64,000 nucleotides of DNA, taken from contig CAZQIQ010000001.1 of assembly GCA_964593835.1 (NCBI GenBank), forward strand, positions 123,464 through 187,463. Direction: 5' to 3'. Of the stretch, positions 10,293-20,629 are shown piece after piece. This DNA is from an uncultured Chitinophagaceae bacterium. Lineage in GTDB: Bacteria > Bacteroidota > Bacteroidia > Chitinophagales > Chitinophagaceae. Positions within the stretch are counted from its first letter, which is position 1, and each line of letters starts with the position of its first letter. The notes beneath the pieces were generated by a model. It saw nothing but the letters and a program-made list of their open reading frames with translations. It ran no database searches and had not been told where the DNA came from. The translations under genes were made by a program, and so were the position numbers.

Positions 10293-10793
10293 TAAATCTT
10301 ATCCCGACTATTCCCATTATTTAATATATCAATTCATAAATGCTCATCTATCACACCATTTCTCATTCATATAAATGAATAAAAATATTGACATAAGAAA
10401 TCCTTATTTTTCATATTGTACTTATCCGAATTCAATGTAACGTCGAATACTATCTGATTCTTTTATATATAAAATTTTATCTCACTCACATTATGAATAA
10501 AACAATCAACATAAGGAATGCTTATTAAGCATGTTGTAAACTTATTCATAATGGAACAATAATTTACAAATCTCTGTTTAGTTTATTTCACCTTAATCAA
10601 TGAAATCTGAAGAACCATGCAAAAGATTAGATATGTTCAAGTCTATAACCAAATCAATACTACTATGGATTAAGATCGATTGTAATAAATGAATCGCAAA
10701 ATATCCGTTGACTAATCAAATAACTAATGCTATTCAGAGGGTGAGGTGAGATCAGCCTTCTTTACACTCACAATTATTTTATTTATTACGATC

Positions 10794-13394
10794 TTATCTT
10801 CCCGATGTGAAATATATTTTACACTTCTCCGTATTATCATTTTCGACTATTGCCCACTCAGGATGATAAGACCCTATGGGAGTTTTTATATTGAAAGAAT
10901 CGTCGATTTTAACACAACAAAAATAATTGTCTTCAGAATCTTCATTTTCCGGAATTTTCTTCAATTCTTTATTTAAAGAATTCCTATAGACCCCATCCGA
11001 TTCTTTTGTTTTCTTTTTTGTGGCAACAATTCTATTAATGTACTTTTTTATTTCAACACTTTCAATGAGCTTCATTTCATATTTATCTTTTGAAACATAT
11101 TCATATTGTATGCCGTGGGTTGTTAATTGACACAATTCCCGGTTAACAATATTTATCACCGAATCCATAAACAATTGTGGATTGTTAAAAATTTCACCTA
11201 CTCTATTAGACTTAAGAATTATTTGAATAATAGTATTCCTGGTCAATTCGGTTTTAGATTGAATATATGTTACAAAATCAGGAATCTGATATTGAGTATT
11301 TTCAACAATTGTTTCTTTTGAAAGGGTCTGTTTTCCCGATAATTCAATGACATTCCCGTATTCATCCTTTCTATATACAGCAGTATTCTTTTCACGGAGT
11401 ATAGATGTTTTTTTTATATCCGCCATACGCTTTAAAGCAGTTACACAGTTATTAATAAGTTCATCGGTATTGTAGTGAAACTTGTACTCAGTGTTATGTT
11501 TGACTCTTTCCCATAGTGATGAAAATGAATCATCCTCGGTCTGCTTATTTTTTAATAACACCTCCTCAACTTTTTTTACATTCTTAATCCGGTTGTTAAA
11601 CTTAACTCCACAATCCTGTTCTATTTCGTGTTGTAAGGACTTACAAAAATTATCATACGATTCATTAGCAATAATGGTGAGTCGATTTACTGATCTTTCA
11701 AAATTTCTTTTACCCGTTTGATCTACACATAACCGAAGCCCACGTCCTATTTCCTGTCTTTTCTTTATCTCAGATTTCGTTTCATTGAGTGTACAAATCT
11801 GAAATATATTAGGATTATCCCAACCTTCCCTAAGTGCAGAATGACTAAAAATAAATCGTAAAGGAGTATCAATATTCAAAAGCCGTTCCTTATCCCTCAT
11901 AATTAGTTTATATGTTTCATCATCCGCCTTATTGAACTTTCCCTCTTTAGTATCTCTGAACATACCTTTATCCTGACTAAAATAGCCATCATGAACGTCT
12001 TTTGAATGATAGGAAAAAAGATTCTTATATGAAGATAAGTTTTTCCATTTAGCAAAACTCTCTTCTAACCACAATGCAAACTTTCCCTTATTGGTATTAC
12101 CAGTTGCATCATACGTACGATAATTATTTACCTTATCGATGAAAAAAATGCTCAAAACCTTAATACCTCTATTTAGTAATTCATATTCTTTTTTTAAATG
12201 GTTCTCAACAGTTGCATCGATCATTTCTTTTAAAATATGATCCTTTAATCCTCCTAAATCATTTTCTTTTTCAACAATAGTTCCGTTTGAAAACACAATA
12301 TTTTTTCTTTCGGCGTTCAATTCATTGATCACAAATCCATCTTTATATACTTCACAACCTTTTGACAAACTGAACAAATCATCTCCTGCTTTTGCTAAAA
12401 CCTGTTTCTTTTTAACTCCGGAATTTTCATTAACAAAAATTGTAATTTTAACGGACAGTGATTGTTTAGCCATTTTAAAAGAATCCACACTAATAAACAC
12501 TCCTGAATCATCAGGCCTTGAAACAACAGAATCTACTTCTATTTGTTTAACAAGCCCCAGATCATATGCCCTTACCGGATCCAATTTATACACAAGGTTA
12601 TATGCATTTTTATGTGTTGCTGAATAACGCAGAGTAAATAAAGGGTTCAGATTTGCTATAGCTTTCTTTCGAATATTCGTTTCCATATTTTGTGGCTCAT
12701 CAATAATAACTACAGGATTTGCCCACTGTATATATTCAATAGGCCTGACACCTGTTTCCTGTAACTGATTTATAATATTAGAATCTTTAGCAAAGGAATC
12801 AATATTAATGACCAGAATTTGCAAATCATTGCTTTTAAAAAAATGTTCTAATTGATTTAATCGAACTGAATCATATAATTTGTATTCAGCAGGTTGATGC
12901 TGATAGACCTCCCTAAAATGATCACGGGTAATGTTTAAACTTTTAACCACACCTTCACGGATAGCTACAGAGGGAACAACAATAACAAATTTTTTAAATC
13001 CATAGGTTTTATGAAGCTCATAAATAGAACGAAGATAAACATATGTTTTCCCAGTGCCCGTCTCCATTTCGACAGAAAAATTTGGAAAAGAGGTTTGTAT
13101 ACTTTTATTATTATTTTCTTCATCGATGTACGATAGTTTTTTCAATGCGATGGTGGATTTCTCAAAAATCAATCCGTTATTTTTTTGCACATTAATAAGG
13201 TTTGATAATAAATCATCTTCGCTCACCATCATCACGTTTCCTATACCGCCAACAATATCTCTTAAACCAGAATTATTTAATTCAGCAAAAAAATCAAACA
13301 CAGATTTATTGAAACGGCTGGTTTTAAATAAATCTATTACAGATTGAATTGCCTCCAATTGGTGAGTTTGATTTTTATCGAATTGGAATTTCAT
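10794..13394 (-). CDS. res: Type III restriction enzyme Res subunit (SF2 helicase/translocase), C-terminus possibly truncated
   Basis: METGTGKTYVY (Walker A), VIIDEPQNM (motif II), SALREGWDNPN and QEIGRGLRL (motifs V/VI). Lies directly downstream of a beta-class Mod gene. Confidence 0.9.
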   Translation of the reverse strand: MKFQFDKNQTHQLEAIQSVIDLFKTSRFNKSVFDFFAELNNSGLRDIVGGIGNVMMVSEDDLLSNLINVQKNNGLIFEKSTIALKKLSYIDEENNNKSIQTSFPNFSVEMETGTGKTYVYLRSIYELHKTYGFKKFVIVVPSVAIREGVVKSLNITRDHFREVYQHQPAEYKLYDSVRLNQLEHFFKSNDLQILVINIDSFAKDSNIINQLQETGVRPIEYIQWANPVVIIDEPQNMETNIRKKAIANLNPLFTLRYSATHKNAYNLVYKLDPVRAYDLGLVKQIEVDSVVSRPDDSGVFISVDSFKMAKQSLSVKITIFVNENSGVKKKQVLAKAGDDLFSLSKGCEVYKDGFVINELNAERKNIVFSNGTIVEKENDLGGLKDHILKEMIDATVENHLKKEYELLNRGIKVLSIFFIDKVNNYRTYDATGNTNKGKFALWLEESFAKWKNLSSYKNLFSYHSKDVHDGYFSQDKGMFRDTKEGKFNKADDETYKLIMRDKERLLNIDTPLRFIFSHSALREGWDNPNIFQICTLNETKSEIKKRQEIGRGLRLCVDQTGKRNFERSVNRLTIIANESYDNFCKSLQHEIEQDCGVKFNNRIKNVKKVEEVLLKNKQTEDDSFSSLWERVKHNTEYKFHYNTDELINNCVTALKRMADIKKTSILREKNTAVYRKDEYGNVIELSGKQTLSKETIVENTQYQIPDFVTYIQSKTELTRNTIIQIILKSNRVGEIFNNPQLFMDSVINIVNRELCQLTTHGIQYEYVSKDKYEMKLIESVEIKKYINRIVATKKKTKESDGVYRNSLNKELKKIPENEDSEDNYFCCVKIDDSFNIKTPIGSYHPEWAIVENDNTEKCKIYFTSGR

Positions 13395-13510
13395 CTTAAC
13401 CTATTTCTTTTTATTAAGCAGTATGCAAATATTTTTCATGAATCACCTTTATATATATTAATACCGATTCAGAACTTTACAATATTCTTTCAGAGGAATC
13501 ATCTGACAGA

Positions 13511-15400
13511 TCAAATAGTTTTAAATTCTATATCTAGGTCTTCAAACATAATTTTGACATTCGTTCTAATAGAGTCATTATTGTTAAAAATAGAGTCAAG
13601 ACAAATAACCATTTTAGGATACAGTGATTTTATTTGCTTAAAAATATTTTCAGTAACAGGATTCGTAACAATAATCATAGTATGATTATTTACACTAAAT
13701 ATTTTCTTATCATCGATAAACAACGTTTCAATTACTGTATCTAGCTCCCAACCATTTTTAATTAATAATTCAAAAACAATATTAAAATCTGAAACACCAT
13801 CTTTTTCTGTTTTTATAAAAGTCTCAAGTTGTCGAATAAGTTCATCCTCCTTATTAATATCATTACCATTCCATATTTTAAAATTAGACTCCTGACAAGT
13901 CAGATGCCTGAAACCCAGACTCTGATAATTAAAGCCGGCATTAGTGTAAGATTTGTCACTATTCGGTAATTCGCTTTTTATTTTCTCAATCGCTTTTACA
14001 ATACGGTAACGAGCCACTTGGGATATAGTATTAAACCCCAACGACTTTGCATTTTTTCCTGACTGTGTTGATTCATCCACCTCTTCAGGCATAGTGACAA
14101 ATATGAACTTTCTATTTTTGTTATCTACTATATTTTGTCTTAATACAGCCTCGGCAGTTGTACCCGAACCTCCAAAAAAATCCAGGACAATATCATTTTC
14201 GTTTGTCGTACCTAACTGAATAAATCGTTGAATCAGGTCAACAGGCTTAGGGTTAGTGAATACTTTTTCCCCCATTAGCTGCTCCAGATACGAAGTTCCT
14301 TTTGCTGTAGTATCAACATCCGTCCATATCGATTTTGCCACTCGTCCTCTTTCCTTTGCCTCTGACCAGAATCTTTTTCTCTGCGGACCTGCCTCTCCGG
14401 TTGCACCAAATACAATTCTATTATCTGCCATGAGCTCCTTAAACTTATGATAATCGTTTTTCCAGCTACAACCGGGATTAGGTGTATACCTCTGTCCTGT
14501 TTTAGGATTAATAATTTCGTACAATTGATTAGGCCGCTCTCCCTCAACCTGAAAAGGATCTGCTTTCCATGGTCCTCTTAAGTCATTATCAGGATTATCA
14601 AAACCTTCCTGTGTATCAGGCAATCTAAATTCATATCTGTTTTTTTTATGGTATTCGATGTTTTTAAAATACACCAGATTATGTGTATGTGAAACAGATA
14701 ATAATGCTGTATTAGTGACTGATTTAGTAGAGTTCCAGATAATGTTACCGCAAAAATTCTCTTCGCCGAAAACTTCGTCTAATAATAGTTTTAACGTGTA
14801 TGCTTCATGATCATCAATTGAAACAAACAAAACACCATCATCACGTAATAAATTCCTGGCCAGAAACATTCTTGGAAGCATCATCGAAAGCCAGTTAGAA
14901 TGAAATTGTCCATTTTCCCTTTTGTTAGGCCTGAATAATGCCTCCTTTACCAAATGTCCATCAGCATCTTTATCAGCAGATCGTTTCAGGTATTCCTCTT
15001 TCTTTTCAGCAAACTTGTCTGCATAAATAAAACTATCCGAACCAGTATTATAAGGTGGGTCAATTGTTATCATTTTCACTTTACCATAATATGACTTTTG
15101 CAGTATTTTTAATACTTCTAAGTTCTCACCTTCTATAAACAGGTGCGGAGTTTTATCCCAGTTAACTGATAAATCAATATTTGGAGCAAGCGTTGCTGTA
15201 GTAGGTATTTGCAAATTCTTATAAGCATCTGCTTTGCCAACCCACGAAAGCTGATATCTTTCGGCATCTGAAACTATTGAATCATCAATAATTTGCTGAA
15301 TCGACTGTATATCTATTTTTTGCCCGGCTAAAATATCGGGGATAATTTCTTTAAGCCTATTGATTATATTTTGTTTAACGTCCGCGTATTTTCCTTGCAT
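13511..15400 (-). CDS. mod: Type III Mod DNA methyltransferase (beta-class N6-adenine/N4-cytosine)
   Basis: ITIDPPYNT (motif IV) precedes LDFFGGSGTT (motif I). This order is typical of Type III Mod. ATG start at 15400 (MQGKYADV). Confidence 0.9.
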   Translation of the reverse strand: MQGKYADVKQNIINRLKEIIPDILAGQKIDIQSIQQIIDDSIVSDAERYQLSWVGKADAYKNLQIPTTATLAPNIDLSVNWDKTPHLFIEGENLEVLKILQKSYYGKVKMITIDPPYNTGSDSFIYADKFAEKKEEYLKRSADKDADGHLVKEALFRPNKRENGQFHSNWLSMMLPRMFLARNLLRDDGVLFVSIDDHEAYTLKLLLDEVFGEENFCGNIIWNSTKSVTNTALLSVSHTHNLVYFKNIEYHKKNRYEFRLPDTQEGFDNPDNDLRGPWKADPFQVEGERPNQLYEIINPKTGQRYTPNPGCSWKNDYHKFKELMADNRIVFGATGEAGPQRKRFWSEAKERGRVAKSIWTDVDTTAKGTSYLEQLMGEKVFTNPKPVDLIQRFIQLGTTNENDIVLDFFGGSGTTAEAVLRQNIVDNKNRKFIFVTMPEEVDESTQSGKNAKSLGFNTISQVARYRIVKAIEKIKSELPNSDKSYTNAGFNYQSLGFRHLTCQESNFKIWNGNDINKEDELIRQLETFIKTEKDGVSDFNIVFELLIKNGWELDTVIETLFIDDKKIFSVNNHTMIIVTNPVTENIFKQIKSLYPKMVICLDSIFNNNDSIRTNVKIMFEDLDIEFKTI

Positions 15401-15832
15401 ATTTTGTCTGCTTATAAGCAAGTTTTAGTTTTTAAATCTTGATCAATTCTGTCAATACTCCAATATCCTTAAAATATTCTCTGTTTGTAAAACAGTATTT
15501 CCTGTAAAATTGTTCTACGAGATATTCATCTTTTAAGTTCATCCTATCGTATTATATATTTTTCCATCTGGGAATGTTTTATAACCATCGGCATAGAAAT
15601 ATCAATTGTTACCTAGAAATAAAAGGAATATCAGATCAATATATATCCTGTCAAATCTAGCGATAAAACAGGAAGCATTTAAACAACAAATCAGTAATTG
15701 AAATAATATTCAAACAGATAACAAGTCTAATTTTTAAAATAAAAATATCAAAAAAGTTGTTTTGTTTAAAGTTGTATAACAACCTAAAGCTGCCTCAATT
15801 TTATAAAAATGCAGAATCACCTGAACGAAGAC

Positions 15833-15870
15833 AAAAAAAGAGGCTATAACGAATTCCGCCATAGCCTCTA
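15833..15870 (-). terminator. intrinsic terminator after the yceI-like gene
   Basis: Minus strand reads AGAGGCTAT-ggcggaattcgtt-ATAGCCTCTTTTTTT. Confidence 0.5.
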
Positions 15871-15889
15871 CTCCATTAGATTAAAGAGT

Positions 15890-16540
15890 TTATTTATTTG
15901 CTTTGATATTTAACTGGATCCCTATTTCAGGTCTGATAAGGTCATCACCTAATGAATTTTCACTTTTATAATGCATCTCCCAATCCTTACGATTGATATA
16001 AAACAATTGGCTTGAAGCCGTTACTGATGAATCGTTCAGAGCAATAGCGGCGGGAAATGTAATATTTTTTTCAGTACCCCTTAATGTCAGGTTTCCTGAA
16101 ATTAATACGCTATCCGTATTCTTAGGTTCAACAGTTGTAATCACAAATTTTGCAGCAGGATGTGTGGCTGCATCAAAAAAATCACCACTCAGCAGATGAT
16201 TTCTCAACTTAGCATTATTCTTATCATCAGCAGGAATATCTGTCACGTCAAGGGACTCAAGTGGAAAACTAAATTCACCGCCTGTTACTGTATTATTGTT
16301 TACATATACTTTTCCGGAATTAACTTTTACAGTTCCGGAATGTTGGGCTTTGCCAAGTGCTACCCCTTTATACCCTTCCCATACAATACCTGAAGAAGAA
16401 GGATCAACCGTATACACAATTGCAGCCGCTGAATTCTCAGGCTGTACAGACTCCTTTGCATCAACAGTAGGCTTAGGACCTTCCCCACAGGAAAATATAA
16501 CAGTCATTAATACTCCATAAATAGCTAATTGTTTACTCAT
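15890..16540 (-). CDS. YceI family polyisoprenoid-binding lipoprotein
   Basis: Lipobox (VIFSCGEG). Also ...SGDFFDAATHPAAKFVITTVE...ISGNLTLRGTEKNITFPA, a typical YceI-like domain. Confidence 0.85.
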   Translation of the reverse strand: MSKQLAIYGVLMTVIFSCGEGPKPTVDAKESVQPENSAAAIVYTVDPSSSGIVWEGYKGVALGKAQHSGTVKVNSGKVYVNNNTVTGGEFSFPLESLDVTDIPADDKNNAKLRNHLLSGDFFDAATHPAAKFVITTVEPKNTDSVLISGNLTLRGTEKNITFPAAIALNDSSVTASSQLFYINRKDWEMHYKSENSLGDDLIRPEIGIQLNIKANK

Positions 16541-16660
16541 AACAATGATGATTTTATTGTGTTAAAAATTGACCTGGTTAAAACGATCTGGATAGTACAA
16601 TGAACGCAAACAGGTATATACTTCATTATTCTTTAAAACCAAACTCATAATAATTCATTC

Positions 16661-18772
16661 TTACGAAATATCTCTTACGCATCTAAAACCTATCGTTGAA
16701 CACCTGTCAAGACCGCCATACATAAGCAGGAACTTTGTTGATACGTCGGATGGCATCGGACCGCCCTTAACATACCAATGAGAAGTAGCTGCATCAAAAA
16801 ACGAACCACCCTTCAGCATAATAAACCGATTATGATTATCTGAATATTCACTCTCTGTCATCTCCCAGGTGTTACCACACATATCCATACAACCAAAATC
16901 TGATGCACCAGCCGGATAAGCATCAACCGCAGTCGTATTATCACCACTATTATATTTGTCCTTTTCTAATTCATTACCCCAAGGATATTGTGGCCACGAA
17001 AAACCATGTGCTACATACTGCCATTCTGGTTCTGTAGGAAGTCTTTTACCAGCCCATTTTGCATAAGCGCGCGCATCATCAATATCGACAAATACTACAG
17101 GATGATTTTCTTTGCCAGCAGGAATTTTTCCACCCACCCAATGCTTTAAGAAATTCAAACTGTCTATTGGCTTATATGCTGATGAATGTAGAAAATGCTG
17201 GAATTGTTGATTTGTAACAGGAAATTTATCGATCGCGAAATGAGGAATAACAACTGTTTTATCAATCGGAATCATTTTCCCAAGTTTAACAGCAAGTAAT
17301 GGTCCGGATGTATACGTACCGCATTCACGACTTTCTATATTAGTAACCTGCCTAACCACATTAGGTTTAATTTCTATCATATCCTTATCCGCAACACCTA
17401 TTTTAGTGGGTACATATTGTTTAAGTAAAGATTCGCTGGCAGGTGTTCTCGAATCATTTTTATAGGTTGACCTGATAACACTCATTTGCTGGAGGAATTT
17501 TTTATCTATTTCTTCTTTACTAATCACAAAGCACGCAATTCCTCTTGCAGGTATTTTACTATTGAATATGATTTTATTCCCCGTCTTTTTCACTCTGGCA
17601 ACTGTTCCTGCTGTAACATCATAATATTTAGCATCTTCATTAATTACCGAAAACAACTCCCCCGAAACTTCATGATTATGACGGTTAATCAATGTATACA
17701 ACTTTACGCCATCCCTTTCCCACATATTTGCAAATACGCCTTCTACTGCTGTTTTAATAAATGGTGTTAATTCCTCACTGCAAAAAAGCTTATTGAATTT
17801 TCTTTGAATAGGCAGCATAGTGCGTAATATCGATTTATCGCGGTCATGCCAGGGAAGCCATTGTCCAAAGACACTCTCCCATATCATTACCCCGCTTCCA
17901 TTCATCCATGCCTGGTGCAATTCCATTGAATGATCGTGAGACCAACGAGATATCTGATGCTGAATATGCCGAGGTTCATACCATTTGTTTCTCAATATTC
18001 CGGGAATATATTTATCGCCGAAATCCTGTGCCCAGGATAGATGATGCGAAGGGAGGTGATCTAACTCCAATGCAATTTCACCTTCTACAACAATACCTGG
18101 TTTAATACTGTCCATTTTGCTCCTGAAATCAAAAGAAGCATTTTTAAGTGTATCCAGGAATATTCCATCAGCATCAATGGCTTCCACAATATCTGCCAGG
18201 CCTTCCAGATCTGACTTACCTTCATTTCTTGTGCCTGTATCCCACGGATTGTAATTAATAAACACTTTAATACCACTTTTGTGAAACTCATCAACCACTT
18301 TTCTTAACCCTGGTAGTCCGCCTGGCATATCACGGTAATAGTCAAATTGATTGCGTTCATCAAAACCAATTCGTGGATAGGCATGCCATAATACAATACT
18401 ATCATACCCACCGAACTCTTTCTTTCCTCTATCTATTATCTTACTGACTGTATAAGCATTAGTCACTTTATCAAAAAAATCCTGATCATACATGAATAGA
18501 AAAAAGCATGAATAATTTCTTTGCGTCCATTCGAATGCCGGATCATTATATGCTGTCGCATCGTAATTCAGTTCTTTTCTGGCTTGTGTTCTCCAAGCCA
18601 TCAGTTCGTTCCTAAACTTCTCCCACAATGAAGGATCTAAAGGAGCTTCAATTACATTTCCATATGATTTTATATCGTTGAAAGGTATAAAAGGGGAAAG
18701 TTTGACTAATGGCAGCAAACTTAACATAGAAGTATTTCTGAGAAAATTGCGTCTGGTAAAATGACTATTCAT
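16661..18772 (-). CDS. Tat-signal protein with N-terminal TIM-barrel glycosidase-like region fused to a C-terminal FGE-sulfatase (SUMF1) domain
   Basis: N-terminal TRRNFLRN twin-arginine motif. C-terminus has HPVVFVDIDDARAYAKWAGKRLPTEPEWQYVA...GNTWEMT...GGSF...GFRCVRD, the formylglycine-generating-enzyme fold signature. Confidence 0.8.
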   Translation of the reverse strand: MNSHFTRRNFLRNTSMLSLLPLVKLSPFIPFNDIKSYGNVIEAPLDPSLWEKFRNELMAWRTQARKELNYDATAYNDPAFEWTQRNYSCFFLFMYDQDFFDKVTNAYTVSKIIDRGKKEFGGYDSIVLWHAYPRIGFDERNQFDYYRDMPGGLPGLRKVVDEFHKSGIKVFINYNPWDTGTRNEGKSDLEGLADIVEAIDADGIFLDTLKNASFDFRSKMDSIKPGIVVEGEIALELDHLPSHHLSWAQDFGDKYIPGILRNKWYEPRHIQHQISRWSHDHSMELHQAWMNGSGVMIWESVFGQWLPWHDRDKSILRTMLPIQRKFNKLFCSEELTPFIKTAVEGVFANMWERDGVKLYTLINRHNHEVSGELFSVINEDAKYYDVTAGTVARVKKTGNKIIFNSKIPARGIACFVISKEEIDKKFLQQMSVIRSTYKNDSRTPASESLLKQYVPTKIGVADKDMIEIKPNVVRQVTNIESRECGTYTSGPLLAVKLGKMIPIDKTVVIPHFAIDKFPVTNQQFQHFLHSSAYKPIDSLNFLKHWVGGKIPAGKENHPVVFVDIDDARAYAKWAGKRLPTEPEWQYVAHGFSWPQYPWGNELEKDKYNSGDNTTAVDAYPAGASDFGCMDMCGNTWEMTESEYSDNHNRFIMLKGGSFFDAATSHWYVKGGPMPSDVSTKFLLMYGGLDRCSTIGFRCVRDIS

Positions 18773-19614
18773 ATAAATTGAGGAAGATAACCAAAATCTT
18801 TACAACTTTAAGCCATAGCAATTAAATATTATTCACTTCTATCAACCAGGAATCTGCATTATCCGGCTTAAGACATTCACGCCATATATCCTCAAGCAAT
18901 CACTTCTTAAAAAAGAGGAAGTATCTAAAGCATTTTGAAAGCTTTGAAGATTGCGCAAACGAAACTTTTGCTCGTCAGATACCTGAATAAAAAGAAAGTG
19001 TACCCAACTTTTGATACCCCCTGATATTCTTTTGAAAATGAAAGAAGTCTGTAAAATTTCGTTATGGCCAAATCGGGAAGATTATATCATCAATTATTAT
19101 ACAATAATATCATTCTGGATAAGCTTAAAAAAATAATATCGATAATTTTTCTGTTTAATGATCATTATAAAAACAGTCTTTCAACAGTCATCAACATCAT
19201 TAATAAACGCTATTATCTTGTTGTTCTATTTAGAAAAAAGAATAAGAAGGTAATAAACAAAACACATCAGTTCTGGTCTATCTTCAACCCAAGTGCATGT
19301 TAGAAAATCACGACGTTTTGAAATTCCTTTCTGATACAAGTCTACCCTAAACCCAATTACGTTTTAGAAGTAGATTGAGATACACAACAATTATGTACAC
19401 AAAAAATTATTACATGATAATACTCTAATAAAATGAGGATATATTGGGATTTTGTTATAACATCTTTTACATCAAAAAAAGACACCTAATTGATACCATT
19501 TCTTCTTTAATAATCTTAATCTGTCAATACCTTGTACTCTTATATTAAAATATTCGCTGAACATTAATTCTGCCTACACATTTTTCCAAGATCATTATTC
19601 TATAATATAATTGG

Positions 19615-19622
19615 TACTTTTG
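19615..19622 (+). promoter_or_regulatory. candidate -7 promoter box (TACTTTTG) for phnA-like gene
   Basis: Matches the Bacteroidota TAnnTTTG consensus, about 27 nt upstream of the ATG at 19649. Confidence 0.35.
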
Positions 19623-19648
19623 CGAAGTTTTACAAAAATATAATTGAT

Positions 19649-20206
19649 ATGGCTATTAGCGTAAAGATGAATGAACGTTGTCAGGGTCTCTGCGAATTAT
19701 GTAACAATATGGCAGCAACCCATGAATTTCTGGTTAGTCCTAAGACAGAAGAAACAATTAGCAACCAGGTTGCAATATGCGACACTTGTTTGCAATCCAT
19801 TTCAACAAACGATAAGAGTGATTATTGGAGATGCCTGGAAGGCAGTATCTGGAATACTGAGCCAAGCGTTCAGGCATTAAGCTATAGAATATTAAATACC
19901 TGCAAAGAAGAAGAGTGGGCAAACAGTGTTTTAAGTTCTATTGATCTGGATGAAAATGTTGTTCAATGGGCAATGAGTGCATTTGAGGTAGCAGATTTTC
20001 ATAAAGATGCTTTTGGCAATAAACTTGAAAATGGCGACAATGTTGTATTAACACAAGGATTAAACGTGAAAGGAACAAGTTTTACAGCTGCAAAAGGCAC
20101 GATTGTAAAAAAGATCAGATTGGTTGCAGAAAATACAGAGCATATTGAAGGAAAAATTAATGAGCAAACAATCGTTATACTTACCAAATATGTGAAGAAG
20201 GGTTAA
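19649..20206 (+). CDS. phnA: PhnA-domain zinc-ribbon protein (long form)
   Basis: N-terminal Cys pairs (CELCNN...CDTC). The C-terminus KDAFGNKLENGDNVVLTQGLNVKGTSFTAAKGTIVKKIRLV...HIEGKI...LTKYVKK parallels E. coli PhnA. Confidence 0.8.
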   Translation: MAISVKMNERCQGLCELCNNMAATHEFLVSPKTEETISNQVAICDTCLQSISTNDKSDYWRCLEGSIWNTEPSVQALSYRILNTCKEEEWANSVLSSIDLDENVVQWAMSAFEVADFHKDAFGNKLENGDNVVLTQGLNVKGTSFTAAKGTIVKKIRLVAENTEHIEGKINEQTIVILTKYVKKG

Positions 20207-20544
20207 AGGAAAACATTAATGTATATTTCCTATACTCACTAATAACAATCCTAGCAGAATAGTTTTTAGTAATTAAAAAAATAATTGCCCCGCAATAGGC
20301 CGCACACTATTATGAGCTTTATGTGTTCAAAATAAAATGCTGTTTTATTCATCATAAAACAATTCAGTATTTATTAATAGTAAGAATAAAGCTTAAATAA
20401 AAGGATGGTATCTTGTACATTATATTTATGATACCATATTTATTATTCTATCTAATAGAAAAGTAAAAAGAGACTGTATCAAAAACAAACGAAGCCTTTG
20501 AGAATGGTTTAAACGACTACCTGTTTCCATCAGGTATCCGAATA

Positions 20545-20584
20545 AAAAGAGGGTGTCTCTTACTTTTGAGACACCCTCTTTTAT
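20545..20584. terminator. hairpin terminator of the AGAGGGTGT...ACACCCTCT family
   Basis: AAAAGAGGGTGTCTC-ttacttt-TGAGACACCCTCTTTT, with A/T runs on both sides so it may act bidirectionally. Confidence 0.55.
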
Positions 20585-20629
20585 CTTAAAACATCTGATA
20601 ATTATAATTATTAGCAGATCAAAATGATG

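Noticed and set aside
18800-19050. Minus-strand translation (...DEQKFRLRNLQSFQNALDTSSFLRSDCLRIYGVNVLSRIMQIPG*) as another gene remnant
   Set aside because: It is an open stretch without any motif I can assign, so chance occurrence in about 875 bp of non-coding DNA cannot be excluded.
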